Shown one piece after another: positions 41,801 through 56,600 of a DNA stretch of 64,000 nucleotides. Location of the stretch: positions 21,484,017 through 21,548,016 of the forward strand of contig NC_134031.1 in assembly GCF_964204645.1 (NCBI RefSeq), given 5' to 3'. How positions within the stretch are numbered: position 1 is the first letter of the stretch; each line of letters starts with the position of its first letter. Below the pieces are notes generated by a model. That model searched no databases, was not told the origin of the DNA, and worked only from the letters and a program-made list of their open reading frames with translations. Source of the DNA: Tubulanus polymorphus (taxonomy: Eukaryota; Animalia; Nemertea). A program made the translations under genes and the position numbers.

Positions 41801-44560
41801 TGGACTGAAAGATACAGATTTTTCTTGCAAAATAGGGTCCTAAAGATGATGAATTCTATCTTAATTGATGGGTTAGGGTGTACTGAACTGATTTCAAATA
41901 GATAGGTTGAAAGAATCAGAATTTTCTGGCTGCTTTTGGTTCTGAAGATGATGGATTCAATCTGAAAAGATGTGTTAAGGCGTATTGAACTGATTTCAAA
42001 TAGATAGGTGGAAAGATTAAGAATTTTCTGGCTATTTATGCTCCTGAAGATGATGGACTCGATCTGAAATGATAGGTTAAGGTAGACTGAACTGATTTCG
42101 AGTAGATGGACTGAAAGATACAGATTTTTCTTGCAAAATAGGGTCCTAAAGATGATGAGTTCTATCTTAATTGATGGGTTAGGGTGAACTGAACTGATTT
42201 CAAATAGATAGGTGGAAAGAATCAGAATTTTCTGGCTGCCTTTGGTTCTGAAGATGATGGACTCAATCTGAAAAGATGGGCTAAGGCGTATTGAACTGAT
42301 TTCAAATAGATAGGTGGAAAGATTAAGAATTTTCTGGCTATTTATGCTCCTGAAGATGATGGACTCGATCTGAAATGATAGGTTAAGGTAAACTGAACTG
42401 ATTTCGAGTAGATGGACTGAAAGATACAGATTTTTCTTGCAAAATAGGGTCCTAAAGATGATGAATTCTATCTTAATTGATGGGTTAGGGTGTACTGAAC
42501 TGATTTCAAATGGATAGGTGGAAAGATTAAGAATTTTCTGGCTATTTATGCTCCTGAAGATGATGGACTCGATCTGAAATGATAGGTTAAGATAAACTGA
42601 ACTGATTTCGAGTAGATGGACTGAAAGATACAGATTTTTCTTGCAAAATATGGTCCTAAAGATGATGAGTTCTATCTTAGTGATGGGTTAGGGTGTACTG
42701 AACTGATTTCAAATAGATAGGTTGAGAGAATCAGAATTTTCTGGCTGCTTTTGGTTCTGAAGATGATGGATTCAATCTGAAAAGATGTGTTAAGGCGTAT
42801 TGAACTGATTTCAAATAGATAGGTGGAAAGATTAAGAATTTTCTGGCTATTTATGCTCCTGAAGATGATGGACTCGATCTGAAATGATAGGTTAAGGTAA
42901 ACTGAACTGATTTCGAGCAGATGGACTGAAAGATACAGATTTTTCTTGCAAAATAGGGTCCTAAAGATGATGAGTTCTATCTTAATTGATGGGTTAGGGT
43001 GTACTGAACTGATTTCAAATAGATAGGTTGAAAGAATCAGAATTTTCTGGCTGCTTTTGGTTCTGAAGATGATGGATTCAATCTGAAAAGATGTGTTAAG
43101 GCGTATTGAACTGATTTCAAATAGATAGGTGGAAAGATTAAGAATTTTCTGGCTATTTATGCTCCTGAAGATGATGGACTCGATCTGAAATGATAGGTTA
43201 AGGTAGACTGAACTGATTTCGAGTAGATGGACTGAAAGATACAGATTTTTCTTGCAAAATAGGGTCCTAAAGATGATGAGTTCTATCTTAATTGATGGGT
43301 TAGGGTGAACTGAACTGATTTCAAATAGATAGGTGGAAAGAATCAGAATTTTCTGGCTGCCTTTGGTTCTGAAGATGATGGACTCAATCTGAAAAGATGG
43401 GCTAAGGCGTATTGAACTGATTTCAAATAGATAGGTGGAAAGATTAAGAATTTTCTGGCTATTTATGCTCCTGAAGATGATGGACTCGATCTGAAATGAT
43501 AGGTTAAGGTAAACTGAACTGATTTCGAGTAGATGGACTGAAAGATACAGATTTTTCTTGCAAAATAGGGTCCTAAAGATGATGAATTCTATCTTAATTG
43601 ATGGGTTAGGGTGTACTGAACTGATTTCAAATGGATAAGTGGAAAGATTAAGAATTTTCTGGCTATTTATGCTCCTGAAGATGATGGACTCGATCTGAAA
43701 TGATAGGTAAAGATAAACTGAACTGATTTCGAGTAGATGGACTGAAAGATACAGATTTTTCTTGCAAAATATGGTCCTAAAGATGATGAGTTCTATCTTA
43801 ATTGATGGGTTAGGGTGTACTGAACTGATTTCAAATAGATAGGTTGAGAGAATCAGAATTTTCTGGCTGCTTTTGGTTCTGAAGATGATGGATTCAATCT
43901 GAAAAGATGTGTTAAGGCGTATTGAACTGATTTCAAATAGATAGGTGGAAAGATTAAGAATTTTCTGGCTATTTATGCTCCTGAAGATGATGGACTCGAT
44001 CTGAAATGATAGGTTAAGGTAAACTGAACTGATTTCGAGCAGATGGACTGAAAGATACAGATTTTTCTTGCAAAATAGGGTCCTAAAGATGATGAGTTCT
44101 ATCTTAATTGATGGGTTAGGGTGTACTGAACTGATTTCAAATAGATAGGTTGAAAGAATCAGAATTTTCTGGCTGCTTTTGGTTCTGAAGATGATGGATT
44201 CAATCTGAAAAGATGTGTTAAGGCGTATTGAACTGATTTCAAATAGATAGGTGGAAAGATTAAGAATTTTCTGGCTATTTATGCTCCTGAAGATGATGGA
44301 CTCGATCTGAAATGATAGGTTAAGGTAAACTGAACTGATTTCGAGTAGATGGACTGAAAGATACAGATTTTTCTTGCAAAAAAGGGTCCTAAAGATGATG
44401 AATTCTATCTTAATTGATGGGTTAGGGTGAACTGAACTGATTTCAAATAGATGGGTGGAAAGAATCAGAATTTTCTGGCTGCCTTTGGTTCTGAAGATGA
44501 TGGACTCAATCTGAAAAGATGGGCTAAGGCGTATTGAACTGATTTCAAATAGATAGGTGG
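35893..44560. repeat. Local tandem duplication of 44 monomers (4487 bp); second copy 306 bp shorter
   Basis: Markers 36154/40641, 37220/41707 and 38193/42680 are 4487 apart; 39457/43638 and 40201/44382 are 4181 apart. Boundaries are approximate. Confidence 0.85.
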
Positions 44561-47500
44561 AAAGATTAAGAATTTTCTGGCTATTTATGCTCCTGAAGAT
44601 GATGGACTCGATCTGAAATGATAGGTTAAGGTAAACTGAACTGATTCCGAGCAGATGGACTGAAAGATACAGATTTTTCTTGCAAAATAGGGTCCTAAAG
44701 ATGATGAGTTCTATCTTAATTGATGGGTTAGGGTGTACTGAACTGATTTCAAATAGATAGGTGGAAAGATTAAGAATTTTCTGGTTATTTATGCTCCTGA
44801 AGATGATGGACTCGATCTGAAATGATAGGTTAAGGTAAACTGAACTGATTTCGAGTAGATGGACTGAAAGATACAGATTTTTCTTGCAAAATAGGGTCCT
44901 AAAGATGATGAATTCTATCTTAATTGATGGGTTAGGTTGTACTGAACTGATTTCAAATAGATAGGTGGAAAGATTAAGAATTTTCTGGTTATTTATGCTC
45001 CTGAAGATGATGGACTCGATCTGAAATGATAGGTTAAGGTAAACTGAACTGATTTCGAGTAGATGGACTGAAAGATACAGATTTTTCTTGCAAAATAGGG
45101 TCCTAAAGATGATGAATTCTATCTTAATTGATGGGTTAGGGTGTACTGAACTGATTTCAAATAGATAGGTTGAAAGAATCAGAATTTTCTGGCTGCTTTT
45201 GGTTCTGAAGATGATGGATTCAATCTGAAAAGATGTGTTAAGGCGTATTGAACTGATTTCAAATAGATAGGTGGAAAGATTAAGAATTTTCTGGCTATTT
45301 ATGCTCCTGAAGATGATGGACTCGATCTGAAATGATAGGTTAAGGTAGACTGAACTGATTTCGAGTAGATGGACTGAAAGATACAGATTTTTCTTGCAAA
45401 ATAGGGTCCTAAAGATGATGAGTTCTATCTTAATTGATGGGTTAGGGTGAACTGAACTGATTTCAAATAGATAGGTGGAAAGAATCAGAATTTTCTGGCT
45501 GCCTTTGGTTCTGAAGATGATGGACTCAATCTGAAAAGATGGGCTAAGGCGTATTGAACTGATTTCAAATAGATAGGTGGAAAGATTAAGAATTTTCTGG
45601 CTATTTATGCTCCTGAAGATGATGGACTCGATCTGAAATGATAGGTTAAGGTAAACTGAACTGATTTCGAGTAGATGGACTGAAAGATACAGATTTTTCT
45701 TGCAAAATAGGGTCCTAAAGATGATGAATTCTATCTTAATTGATGGGTTAGGGTGTACTGAACTGATTTCAAATGGATAGGTGGAAAGATTAAGAATTTT
45801 CTGGCTATTTATGCTCCTGAAGATGATGGACTCGATCTGAAATGATAGGTTAAGATAAACTGAACTGATTTCGAGTAGATGGACTGAAAGATACAGATTT
45901 TTCTTGCAAAATATGGTCCTAAAGATGATGAGTTCTATCTTAATTGATGGGTTAGGGTGTACTGAACTGATTTCAAATAGATAGGTTGAGAGAATCAGAA
46001 TTTTCTGGCTGCTTTTGGTTCTGAAGATGATGGATTCAATCTGAAAAGATGTGTTAAGGCGTATTGAACTGATTTCAAATAGATAGGTGGAAAGATTAAG
46101 AATTTTCTGGCTATTTATGCTCCTGAAGATGATGGACTCGATCTGAAATGATAGGTTAAGGTAAACTGAACTGATTTCGAGCAGATGGACTGAAAGATAC
46201 AGATTTTTCTTGCAAAATAGGGTCCTAAAGATGATGAGTTCTATCTTAATTGATGGGTTAGGGTGTACTGAACTGATTTCAAATAGATAGGTTGAAAGAA
46301 TCAGAATTTTCTGGCTGCTTTTGGTTCTGAAGATGATGGATTCAATCTGAAAAGATGTGTTAAGGCGTATTGAACTGATTTAAAATAGATAGGTGGAAAG
46401 ATTAAGAATTTTCTGGCTATTTATGCTCCTGAAGATGATGGACTCGATCTGAAATGATAGGTTAAGGTAAACTGAACTGATTTCGAGCAGATGGACTGAA
46501 AGATACAGATTTTTCTTGCAAAATAGGGTCCTAAAGATGATGAGTTCTATCTTAATTGATGGGTTAGGGTGTACTGAACTGATTTCAAATAGATAGGTTG
46601 AAAGAATCAGAATTTTCTGGCTGCTTTTGGTTCTGAAGATGATGGATTCAATCTGAAAAGATGTGTTAAGGCGTATTGAACTGATTTCAAATAGATAGGT
46701 GGAAAGATTAAGAATTTTCTGGCTATTTATGCTCCTGAAGATGATGGACTCGATCTGAAATGATAGGTTAAGGTAAACTGAACTGATTCCGAGCAGATGG
46801 ACTGAAAGATACAGATTTTTCTTGCAAAATAGGGTCCTAAAGATGATGAGTTCTATCTTAATTGATGGGTTAGGGTGTACTGAACTGATTTCAAATAGAT
46901 AGGTGGAAAGATTAAGAATTTTCTGGTTATTTATGCTCCTGAAGATGATGGACTCGATCTGAAATGATAGGTTAAGGTAAACTGAACTGATTTCGAGTAG
47001 ATGGACTGAAAGATACAGATTTTTCTTGCAAAATAGGGTCCTAAAGATGATGAGTTCAATCTTAATTGATGGGTTAGGTTGTACTGAACTGATTTCAAAT
47101 AGATAGGTGGAAAGATTAAGAATTTTCTGGTTATTTATGCTCCTGAAGATGATGGACTCGATCTGAAATGATAGGTTAAGGTAAACTGAACTGATTTCGA
47201 GTAGATGGATTGAAAGATACAGATTTTTCTTGCAAAATAGGGTCCTAAAGATGATGAATTCTATCTTAATTGATGGGTTAGGGTGTACTGAACTGATTTC
47301 AAATAGATAGGTTGAAAGAATCAGAATTTTCTGGCTGCTTTTGGTTCTGAAGATGATGGATTCAATCTGAAAAGATGTGTTAAGGCGTATTGAACTGATT
47401 TCAAATAGATAGGTGGAAAGATTAAGAATTTTCTGGCTATTTATGCTCCTGAAGATGATGGACTCGATCTGAAATGATAGGTTAAGGTAGACTGAACTGA

Positions 47501-48845
47501 TTTCTAGTAGATGGACTGAAAGATACAGATTTTTCTTGCAAAATAGGGTCCTAAAGATGATGAGTTCTATCTTAATTGATGGGTTGGGGTGAACTGAACT
47601 GATTTCAAATAGATAGGTGGAAAGAATCAGAATTTTCTGGCTGCCTTTGGTTCTGAAGATGATGGACTCAATCTGAAAAGATGGGCTAAGGCGTATTGAA
47701 CTGATTTCAAATAGATAGGTGGAAAGATTAAGAATTTTTTTGGCTATTTATGCTCCTGAAGATGATGGACTCGATCTGAGATGATAGGTTAAGGTAAACT
47801 GAACTGATTTCGAGTAGATGGACTGAAAGATACAGATTTTTCTTGCAAAATAGGGTCCTAAAGATGATGAATTCTATCTTAATTGATGGGTTAGGGTGTA
47901 CTGAACTGATTTCAAATGGATAGGTGGAAAGATTAAGAATTTTCTGGCTATTTATGCTCCTGAAGATGATGGACTCGATCTGAAATGATAGGTTAAGATA
48001 AACTGAACTGATTTCGAGTAGATGGACTGAAAGATACAGATTTTTCTTGCAAAATATGGTCCTAAAGATGATGAGTTCTATCTTAATTGATGGGTTAGGT
48101 TGTACTGAACTGATTTCAAATAGATAGGTTGAGAGAATCAGAATTTTCTGGCTGCTTTTGGTTCTGAAGATGATGGATTCAATCTGAAAAGATGTGTTAA
48201 GGCGTATTGAACTGATTTCAAATAGATAGGTGGAAAGATTAAGAATTTTCTGGCTATTTATGCTCCTGAAGATGATGGACTCGATCTGAAATGATAGGTT
48301 AAGGTAAACTGAACTGATTTCGAGCAGATGGACTGAAAGATACAGATTTTTCTTCCAAAATAGGGTCCTAAAGATGATGAGTTCTATCTTAATTGATGGG
48401 TTAGGGTGTACTGAACTGATTTCAAATAGATAGGTTGAAAGAATCAGAATTTTCTGGCTGCTTTTGGTTCTGAAGATGATGGATTCAATCTGAAAAGATG
48501 TGTTAAGGCGTATTGAACTGATTTCAAATAGATAGGTGGAAAGATTAAGAATTTTCTGGCTATTTATGCTCCTGAAGATGATGGACTCGATCTGAAATGA
48601 TAGGTTAAGGTAAACTGAACTGATTTCGAGCAGATGGACTGAAAGATACAGATTTTTCTTGCAAAATAGGGTCCTAAAGATGATGAGTTCTATCTTAATT
48701 GATGGGTTAGGGTGTACTGAACTGATTTCAAATAGATAGGTTGAAAGAATCAGAATTTTCTGGCTGCTTTTGGTTCTGAAGATGATGGATTCAATCTGAA
48801 AAGATGTGTTAAGGCGTATTGAACTGATTTCAAATAGATAGGTGG

Positions 48846-50681
48846 AAAGATTAAGAATTTTCTGGCTATTTATGCTCCTGAAGATGATGGACTCGATCTG
48901 AAATGATAGGTTAAGGTAGACTGAACTGATTTCGAGTAGATGGACTGAAAGATACAGATTTTTCTTGCAAAATAGGGTCCTAAAGATGATGAGTTCTATC
49001 TTAATTGATGGGTTAGGGTGTACTGAACTGATTTCAAATAGATAGGTTGAAAGAATCAGAATTTTCTGGCTGCTTTTGGTTCTGAAGATGATGGCTTCAA
49101 TCTGAAAAGATGGGTTAAGGCGTATTGAACTGATGTCAAATAGATAGGTGGAAAGATTAAGAATTTTGTGGCTATTTATGCTCCTGAAGATGATGGACTC
49201 GATCTGAAATGATAGGTTAAGGTAGACTGAACTGATATCGAGTAGATGGACTGAAAGATACAGATTTTTCTTGCAAAATAGGGTCCTAAAGATGATGAAT
49301 TCTATCTTAATTGATGGGTTAGGGTGAACTGAACTGATTTCAAATAGATGGGTGGAAAGAATCAGAATTTTCTGGCTGCCTTTGGTTCTGAAGATGATGG
49401 ACTCAATCTGAAAAGATGGGCTGAGGCGTATTGAACTGATTTCAAATAGATAGGTGGAAAGATTAAGAATTTTCTGGCTATTTATGCTCCTGAAGATGAT
49501 GGACTCGATCTGAAATGATAGGTTAAGGTAAACTGAACTGATTTCGAGTAGATGGACTGAAAGATACAGATTTTTCTTGCAAAATAGGGTCCTAAAGATG
49601 ATGAATTCTATTTTAATTGATGGGTTAGGTTGTACTGAACTGATTTCAAATAGATAGGTTGAAAGAATCAGAATTTTCTGGCTGCTTTTGGTTCTGAAGA
49701 TGATGGATTCAATCTGAAAAGATGTGTTAAGGCGTATTGAACTGATTTAAAATAGATAGGTGGAAAGATTAAGAATTTTCTGGCTATTTATGCTCCTGAA
49801 GATGATGGACTCGATCTGAAATGATAGGTTAAGGTAGACTGAACTGATTTCGAGTAGATGGACTGAAAGATACAGATTTTTCTTGCAAAATAGGGTCCTA
49901 AAGATGATGAGTTCTATCTTAATTGATGGGTTAGGGTGTACTGAACTGATTTCAAATAGATAGGTTGAAAGAATCAGAATTTTCTGGCTGCTTTTGGTTC
50001 TGAAGATGATGGCTTCAATCTGAAAAGATGGGTTAAGGCGTATTGAACTGATGTCAAATAGATAGGTGGAAAGATTAAGAATTTTGTGGCTATTTATGCT
50101 CCTGAAGATGATGGACTCGATCTGAAATGATAGGTTAAGGTAGACTGAACTGATATCGAGTAGATGGACTGAAAGATACAGATTTTTCTTGCAAAATAGG
50201 GTCCTAAAGATGATGAATTCTATCTTAATTGATGGGTTAGGGTGAACTGAACTGATTTCAAATAGATGGGTGGAAAGAATCAGAATTTTCTGGCTGCCTT
50301 TGGTTCTGAAGATGATGGACTCAATCTGAAAAGATGGGCTGAGGCGTATTGAACTGATTTCAAATAGATAGGTGGAAAGATTAAGAATTTTCTGGCTATT
50401 TATGCTCCTGAAGATGATGGACTCGATCTGAAATGATAGGTTAAGGTAAACTGAACTGATTTCGAGTAGATGGACTGAAAGATACAGATTTTTCTTGCAA
50501 AATAGGGTCCTAAAGATGATGAATTCTATTTTAATTGATGGGTTAGGTTGTACTGAACTGATTTCAAATAGATAGGTTGAAAGAATCAGAATTTTCTGGC
50601 TGCTTTTGGTTCTGAAGATGATGGATTCAATCTGAAAAGATGTGTTAAGGCGTATTGAACTGATTTAAAATAGATAGGTGG
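48846..50681. repeat. Local tandem duplication of 9 monomers (918 bp)
   Basis: The variant cluster ggcttc-gatgtc-ttgtgg-gatatc-gatggg-gctgagg-ctatttt starts at 49095 and again at 50013. The copy-1 paralogue has it once at this position (18189). Confidence 0.85.
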
Positions 50682-53600
50682 AAAGATTAAGAATTTTGTG
50701 GCTATTTATGCTCCTGAAGATGATGGACTCGATCTGAAATGATAGGTTAAGGTAGACTGAACTGATTTCGAGTAGATGGACTGAAAGATACAGATTTTTC
50801 TTGCAAAATAGGGTCCTAAAGATGATGAATTCTATCTTAATTGATGGGTTAGGTTGTACTGAACTGATTTCAAATAGATAGGTTAAAAGAATCAGAATTT
50901 TCTGGCTGCTTTTGGTTCTGAAGATGATGGATTCAATCTGAAAAGATGTGTTAAGGCGTATTGAACTGATTTAAAATAGATAGGTGGAAAGATTAAGAAT
51001 TTTCTGGCTATTTATGCTCCTGAAGATGATGGACTCGATCTGAAATGATAGGTTAAGGTAGACTGAACTGATTTCGAGTAGATGGACTGAAAGATACAGA
51101 TTTTTCTTGCAAAATAGGGTCCTAAAGATGATGAATTCTATCTTAATTGATGGGTTAGGGTGAACTGAATTGATTTCAAATAGATAGGTGGAAAGAATCA
51201 GAATTTTCTGGCTGCCTTTGGTTCTGAAGATGATGGACTCAATCTGAAAAGATGGGCTAAGGCGTATTGAACTGATTTCAAATAGATAGGTGGAAAGATT
51301 AAGAATTTTCTGGCTATTTATGCTCCTGAAGATGATGGACTCGATCTGAAATGATAGGTTAAGGTAAACTGAACTGATTTCGAGTAGATGGACTGAAAGA
51401 TACAGATTTTTCTTGCAAAATAGGGTCCTAAAGATGATGAATTCTATCTTAATTGATGGGTTAGGGTGTACTGAACTGATTTCAAATAGATAGGTTGAAA
51501 GATTAAGAATTTTCTGGCTGCTTTTGGTTCTGAAGATGATGGATTCAATCTGAAAAGATGTGTTAAGGCGTATTGAACTGATTTCAAATAGATAGGTGGA
51601 AAGATTAAGAATTTTCTGGCTATTTATGCTCCTGAAGATGATGGACTCGATCTGAAATGATAGGTTAAGGTAAACTGAACTGATTTCGAGCAGATGGACT
51701 GAAAGATACAGATTTTTCTTGCAAAATAGGGTCCTAAAGATGATGAGTTCTATCTTAATTGATGGGTTGGGGTGAACTGAACTGATTTCAAATAGATAGG
51801 TGGAAAGAATCAGAATTTTCTGGCTGCCTTTGGTTCTGAAGATGATGGACTCAATCTGAAAAGATGGGCTAAGGCGTATTGAACTGATTTCAAATAGATA
51901 GGTGGAAAGATTAAGAATTTTTTTGGCTATTTATGCTCCTGAAGATGATGGACTCGATCTGAAATGATAGGTTAAGGTAAACTGAACTGATTTCGAGTAG
52001 ATGGACTGAAAGATACAGATTTTTCTTGCAAAATAGGGTCCTAAAGATGATGAGTTCAATCTTAATTGATGGGTTAGGTTGTACTGAACTGATTTCAAAT
52101 AGATAGGTGGAAAGATTAAGAATTTTCTGGTTATTTATGCTCCTGAAGATGATGGACTCGATCTGAAATGATAGGTTAAGGTAAACTGAACTGATTTCGA
52201 GTAGATGGACTGAAAGATACAGATTGTTCTTGCAAAATAGGGTCCTAAAGATGATGAATTCTATTTTAATTGATGGGTTAGGTTGTACTGAACTGATTTC
52301 AAATAGATAGGTTGAAAGAATCAGAATTTTCTGGCTGCTTTTGGTTCTGAAGATGATGGATTCAATCTGAAAAGATGTGTTAAGGCGTATTGAACTGATT
52401 TAAAATAGATAGGTGGAAAGATTAAGAATTTTCTGGCTATTTATGCTCCTGAAGATGATGGACTCGATCTGAAATGATAGGTTAAGGTAGACTGAACTGA
52501 TTTCGAGTAGATGGACTGAAAGATACAGATTTTTCTTGCAAAATAGGGTCCTAAAGATGATGAATTCTATCTTAATTGATGGGTTAGGTTGTACTGAACT
52601 GATTTCAAATAGATAGGTTAAAAGAATCAGAATTTTCTGGCTGCTTTTGGTTCTGAAGATGATGGATTCAATCTGAAAAGATGTGTTAAGGCGTATTGAA
52701 CTGATTTAAAATAGATAGGTGGAAAGATTAAGAATTTTCTGGCTATTTATGCTCCTGAAGATGATGGACTCGATCTGAAATGATAGGTTAAGGTAAACTG
52801 AACTGATTTCGAGCAGATGGACTGAAAGATACAGATTTTTCTTGCAAAATAGGGTCCTAAAGATGATGAGTTCTATCTTAATTGATGGGTTAGGGTGTAC
52901 TGAACTGATTTCAAATAGATAGGTTGAAAGAATCAGAATTTTCTGGCTGCTTTTGGTTCTGAAGATGATGGATTCAATCTGAAAAGATGTGTTAAGGCGT
53001 ATTGAACTGATTTCAAATAGATAGGTGGAAAGATTAAGAATTTTCTGGCTATTTATGCTCCTGAAGATGATGGACTCGATCTGAAATGATAGGTTAAGGT
53101 AGACTGAACTGATTTCGAGTAGATGGACTGAAAGATACAGATTTTTCTTGCAAAATAGGGTCCTAAAGATGATGAGTTCTATCTTAATTGATGGGTTAGG
53201 GTGTACTGAACTGATTTCAAATAGATAGGTTGAAAGAATCAGAATTTTCTGGCTGCTTTTGGTTCTGAAGATGATGGCTTCAATCTGAAAAGATGGGTTA
53301 AGGCGTATTGAACTGATGTCAAATAGATAGGTGGAAAGATTAAGAATTTTGTGGCTATTTATGCTCCTGAAGATGATGGACTCGATCTGAAATGATAGGT
53401 TAAGGTAGACTGAACTGATATCGAGTAGATGGACTGAAAGATACAGATTTTTCTTGCAAAATAGGGTCCTAAAGATGATGAATTCTATCTTAATTGATGG
53501 GTTAGGGTGAACTGAACTGATTTCAAATAGATGGGTGGAAAGAATCAGAATTTTCTGGCTGCCTTTGGTTCTGAAGATGATGGACTCAATCTGAAAAGAT

Positions 53601-56600
53601 GGGCTGAGGCGTATTGAACTGATTTCAAATAGATAGGTGGAAAGATTAAGAATTTTCTGGCTATTTATGCTCCTGAAGATGATGGACTCGATCTGAAATG
53701 ATAGGTTAAGGTAAACTGAACTGATTTCGAGTAGATGGACTGAAAGATACAGATTTTTCTTGCAAAATAGGGTCCTAAAGATGATGAATTCTATTTTAAT
53801 TGATGGGTTAGGTTGTACTGAACTGATTTCAAATAGATAGGTTGAAAGAATCAGAATTTTCTGGCTGCTTTTGGTTCTGAAGATGATGGATTCAATCTGA
53901 AAAGATGTGTTAAGGCGTATTGAACTGATTTAAAATAGATAGGTGGAAAGATTAAGAATTTTGTGGCTATTTATGCTCCTGAAGATGATGGACTCGATCT
54001 GAAATGATAGGTTAAGGTAGACTGAACTGATTTCGAGTAGATGGACTGAAAGATACAGATTTTTCTTGCAAAATAGGGTCCTAAAGATGATGAATTCTAT
54101 CTTAATTGATGGGTTAGGTTGTACTGAACTGATTTCAAATAGATAGGTTAAAAGAATCAGAATTTTCTGGCTGCTTTTGGTTCTGAAGATGATGGATTCA
54201 ATCTGAAAAGATGTGTTAAGGCGTATTGAACTGATTTAAAATAGATAGGTGGAAAGATTAAGAATTTTCTGGCTATTTATGCTCCTGAAGATGATGGACT
54301 CGATCTGAAATGATAGGTTAAGGTAGACTGAACTGATTTCGAGTAGATGGACTGAAAGATACAGATTTTTCTTGCAAAATAGGGTCCTAAAGATGATGAA
54401 TTCTATCTTAATTGATGGGTTAGGGTGAACTGAATTGATTTCAAATAGATAGGTGGAAAGAATCAGAATTTTCTGGCTGCCTTTGGTTCTGAAGATGATG
54501 GACTCAATCTGAAAAGATGGGCTAAGGCGTATTGAACTGATTTCAAATAGATAGGTGGAAAGATTAAGAATTTTCTGGCTATTTATGCTCCTGAAGATGA
54601 TGGACTCGATCTGAAATGATAGGTTAAGGTAAACTGAACTGATTTCGAGTAGATGGACTGAAAGATACAGATTTTTCTTGCAAAATAGGGTCCTAAAGAT
54701 GATGAATTCTATCTTAATTGATGGGTTAGGGTGTACTGAACTGATTTCAAATAGATAGGTTGAAAGATTAAGAATTTTCTGGCTGCTTTTGGTTCTGAAG
54801 ATGATGGATTCAATCTGAAAAGATGTGTTAAGGTGTATTGAACTGATTTCAAATAGATAGGTGGAAAGATTAAGAATTTTCTGGCTATTTATGCTCCTGA
54901 AGATGATGGACTCGATCTGAAATGATAGGTTAAGGTAAACTGAACTGATTTCGAGCAGATGGACTGAAAGATACAGATTTTTCTTGCAAAATAGGGTCCT
55001 AAAGATGATGAGTTCTATCTTAATTGATGGGTTAGGGTGTACTGAACTGATTTCAAATAGATAGGTTGAAAGAATCAGAATTTTCTGGCTGCTTTTGGTT
55101 CTGAAGATGATGGATTCAATCTGAAAAGATGTGTTAAGGCGTATTGAACTGATTTCAAATAGATAGGTGGAAAGATTAAGAATTTTCTGGCTATTTATGC
55201 TCCTGAAGATGATGGACTCGATCTGAAATGATAGGTTAAGGTAAACTGAACTGATTCCGAGCAGATGGACTGAAAGATACAGATTTTTCTTGCAAAATAG
55301 GGTCCTAAAGATGATGAGTTCTATCTTAATTGATGGGTTAGGGTGTACTGAACTGATTTCAAATAGATAGGTGGAAAGATTAAGAATTTTCTGGTTATTT
55401 ATGCTCCTGAAGATGATGGACTCGATCTGAAATGATAGGTTAAGGTAAACTGAACTGATTTCGAGTAGATGGACTGAAAGATACAGATTTTTCTTGCAAA
55501 ATAGGGTCCTAAAGATGATGAGTTCAATCTTAATTGATGGGTTAGGTTGTACTGAACTGATTTCAAATAGATAGGTGGAAAGATTAAGAATTTTCTGGTT
55601 ATTTATGCTCCTGAAGATGATGGACTCGATCTGAAATGATAGGTTAAGGTAAACTGAACTGATTTCGAGTAGATGGACTGAAAGATACAGATTGTTCTTG
55701 CAAAATAGGGTCCTAAAGATGATGAATTCTATTTTAATTGATGGGTTAGGTTGTACTGAACTGATTTCAAATAGATAGGTTGAAAGAATCAGAATTTTCT
55801 GGCTGCTTTTGGTTCTGAAGATGATGGATTCAATCTGAAAAGATGTGTTAAGGCGTATTGAACTGATTTAAAATAGATAGGTGGAAAGATTAAGAATTTT
55901 CTGGCTATTTATGCTCCTGAAGATGATGGACTCGATCTGAAATGATAGGTTAAGGTAGACTGAACTGATTTCGAGTAGATGGACTGAAAGATACAGATTT
56001 TTCTTGCAAAATAGGGTCCTAAAGATGATGAATTCTATCTTAATTGATGGGTTAGGTTGTACTGAACTGATTTCAAATAGATAGGTTAAAAGAATCAGAA
56101 TTTTCTGGCTGCTTTTGGTTCTGAAGATGATGGATTCAATCTGAAAAGATGTGTTAAGGCGTATTGAACTGATTTAAAATAGATAGGTGGAAAGATTAAG
56201 AATTTTCTGGCTATTTATGCTCCTGAAGATGATGGACTCGATCTGAAATGATAGGTTAAGGTAGACTGAACTGATTTCGAGTAGATGGACTGAAAGATAC
56301 AGATTTTTCTTGCAAAATAGGGTCCTAAAGATGATGAATTCTATCTTAATTGATGGGTTAGGGTGAACTGAATTGATTTCAAATAGATAGGTGGAAAGAA
56401 TCAGAATTTTCTGGCTGCCTTTGGTTCTGAAGATGATGGACTCAATCTGAAAAGATGGGCTAAGGCGTATTGAACTGATTTCAAATAGATAGGTGGAAAG
56501 ATTAAGAATTTTCTGGCTATTTATGCTCCTGAAGATGATGGACTCGATCTGAAATGATAGGTTAAGGTAAACTGAACTGATTTCGAGTAGATGGACTGAA

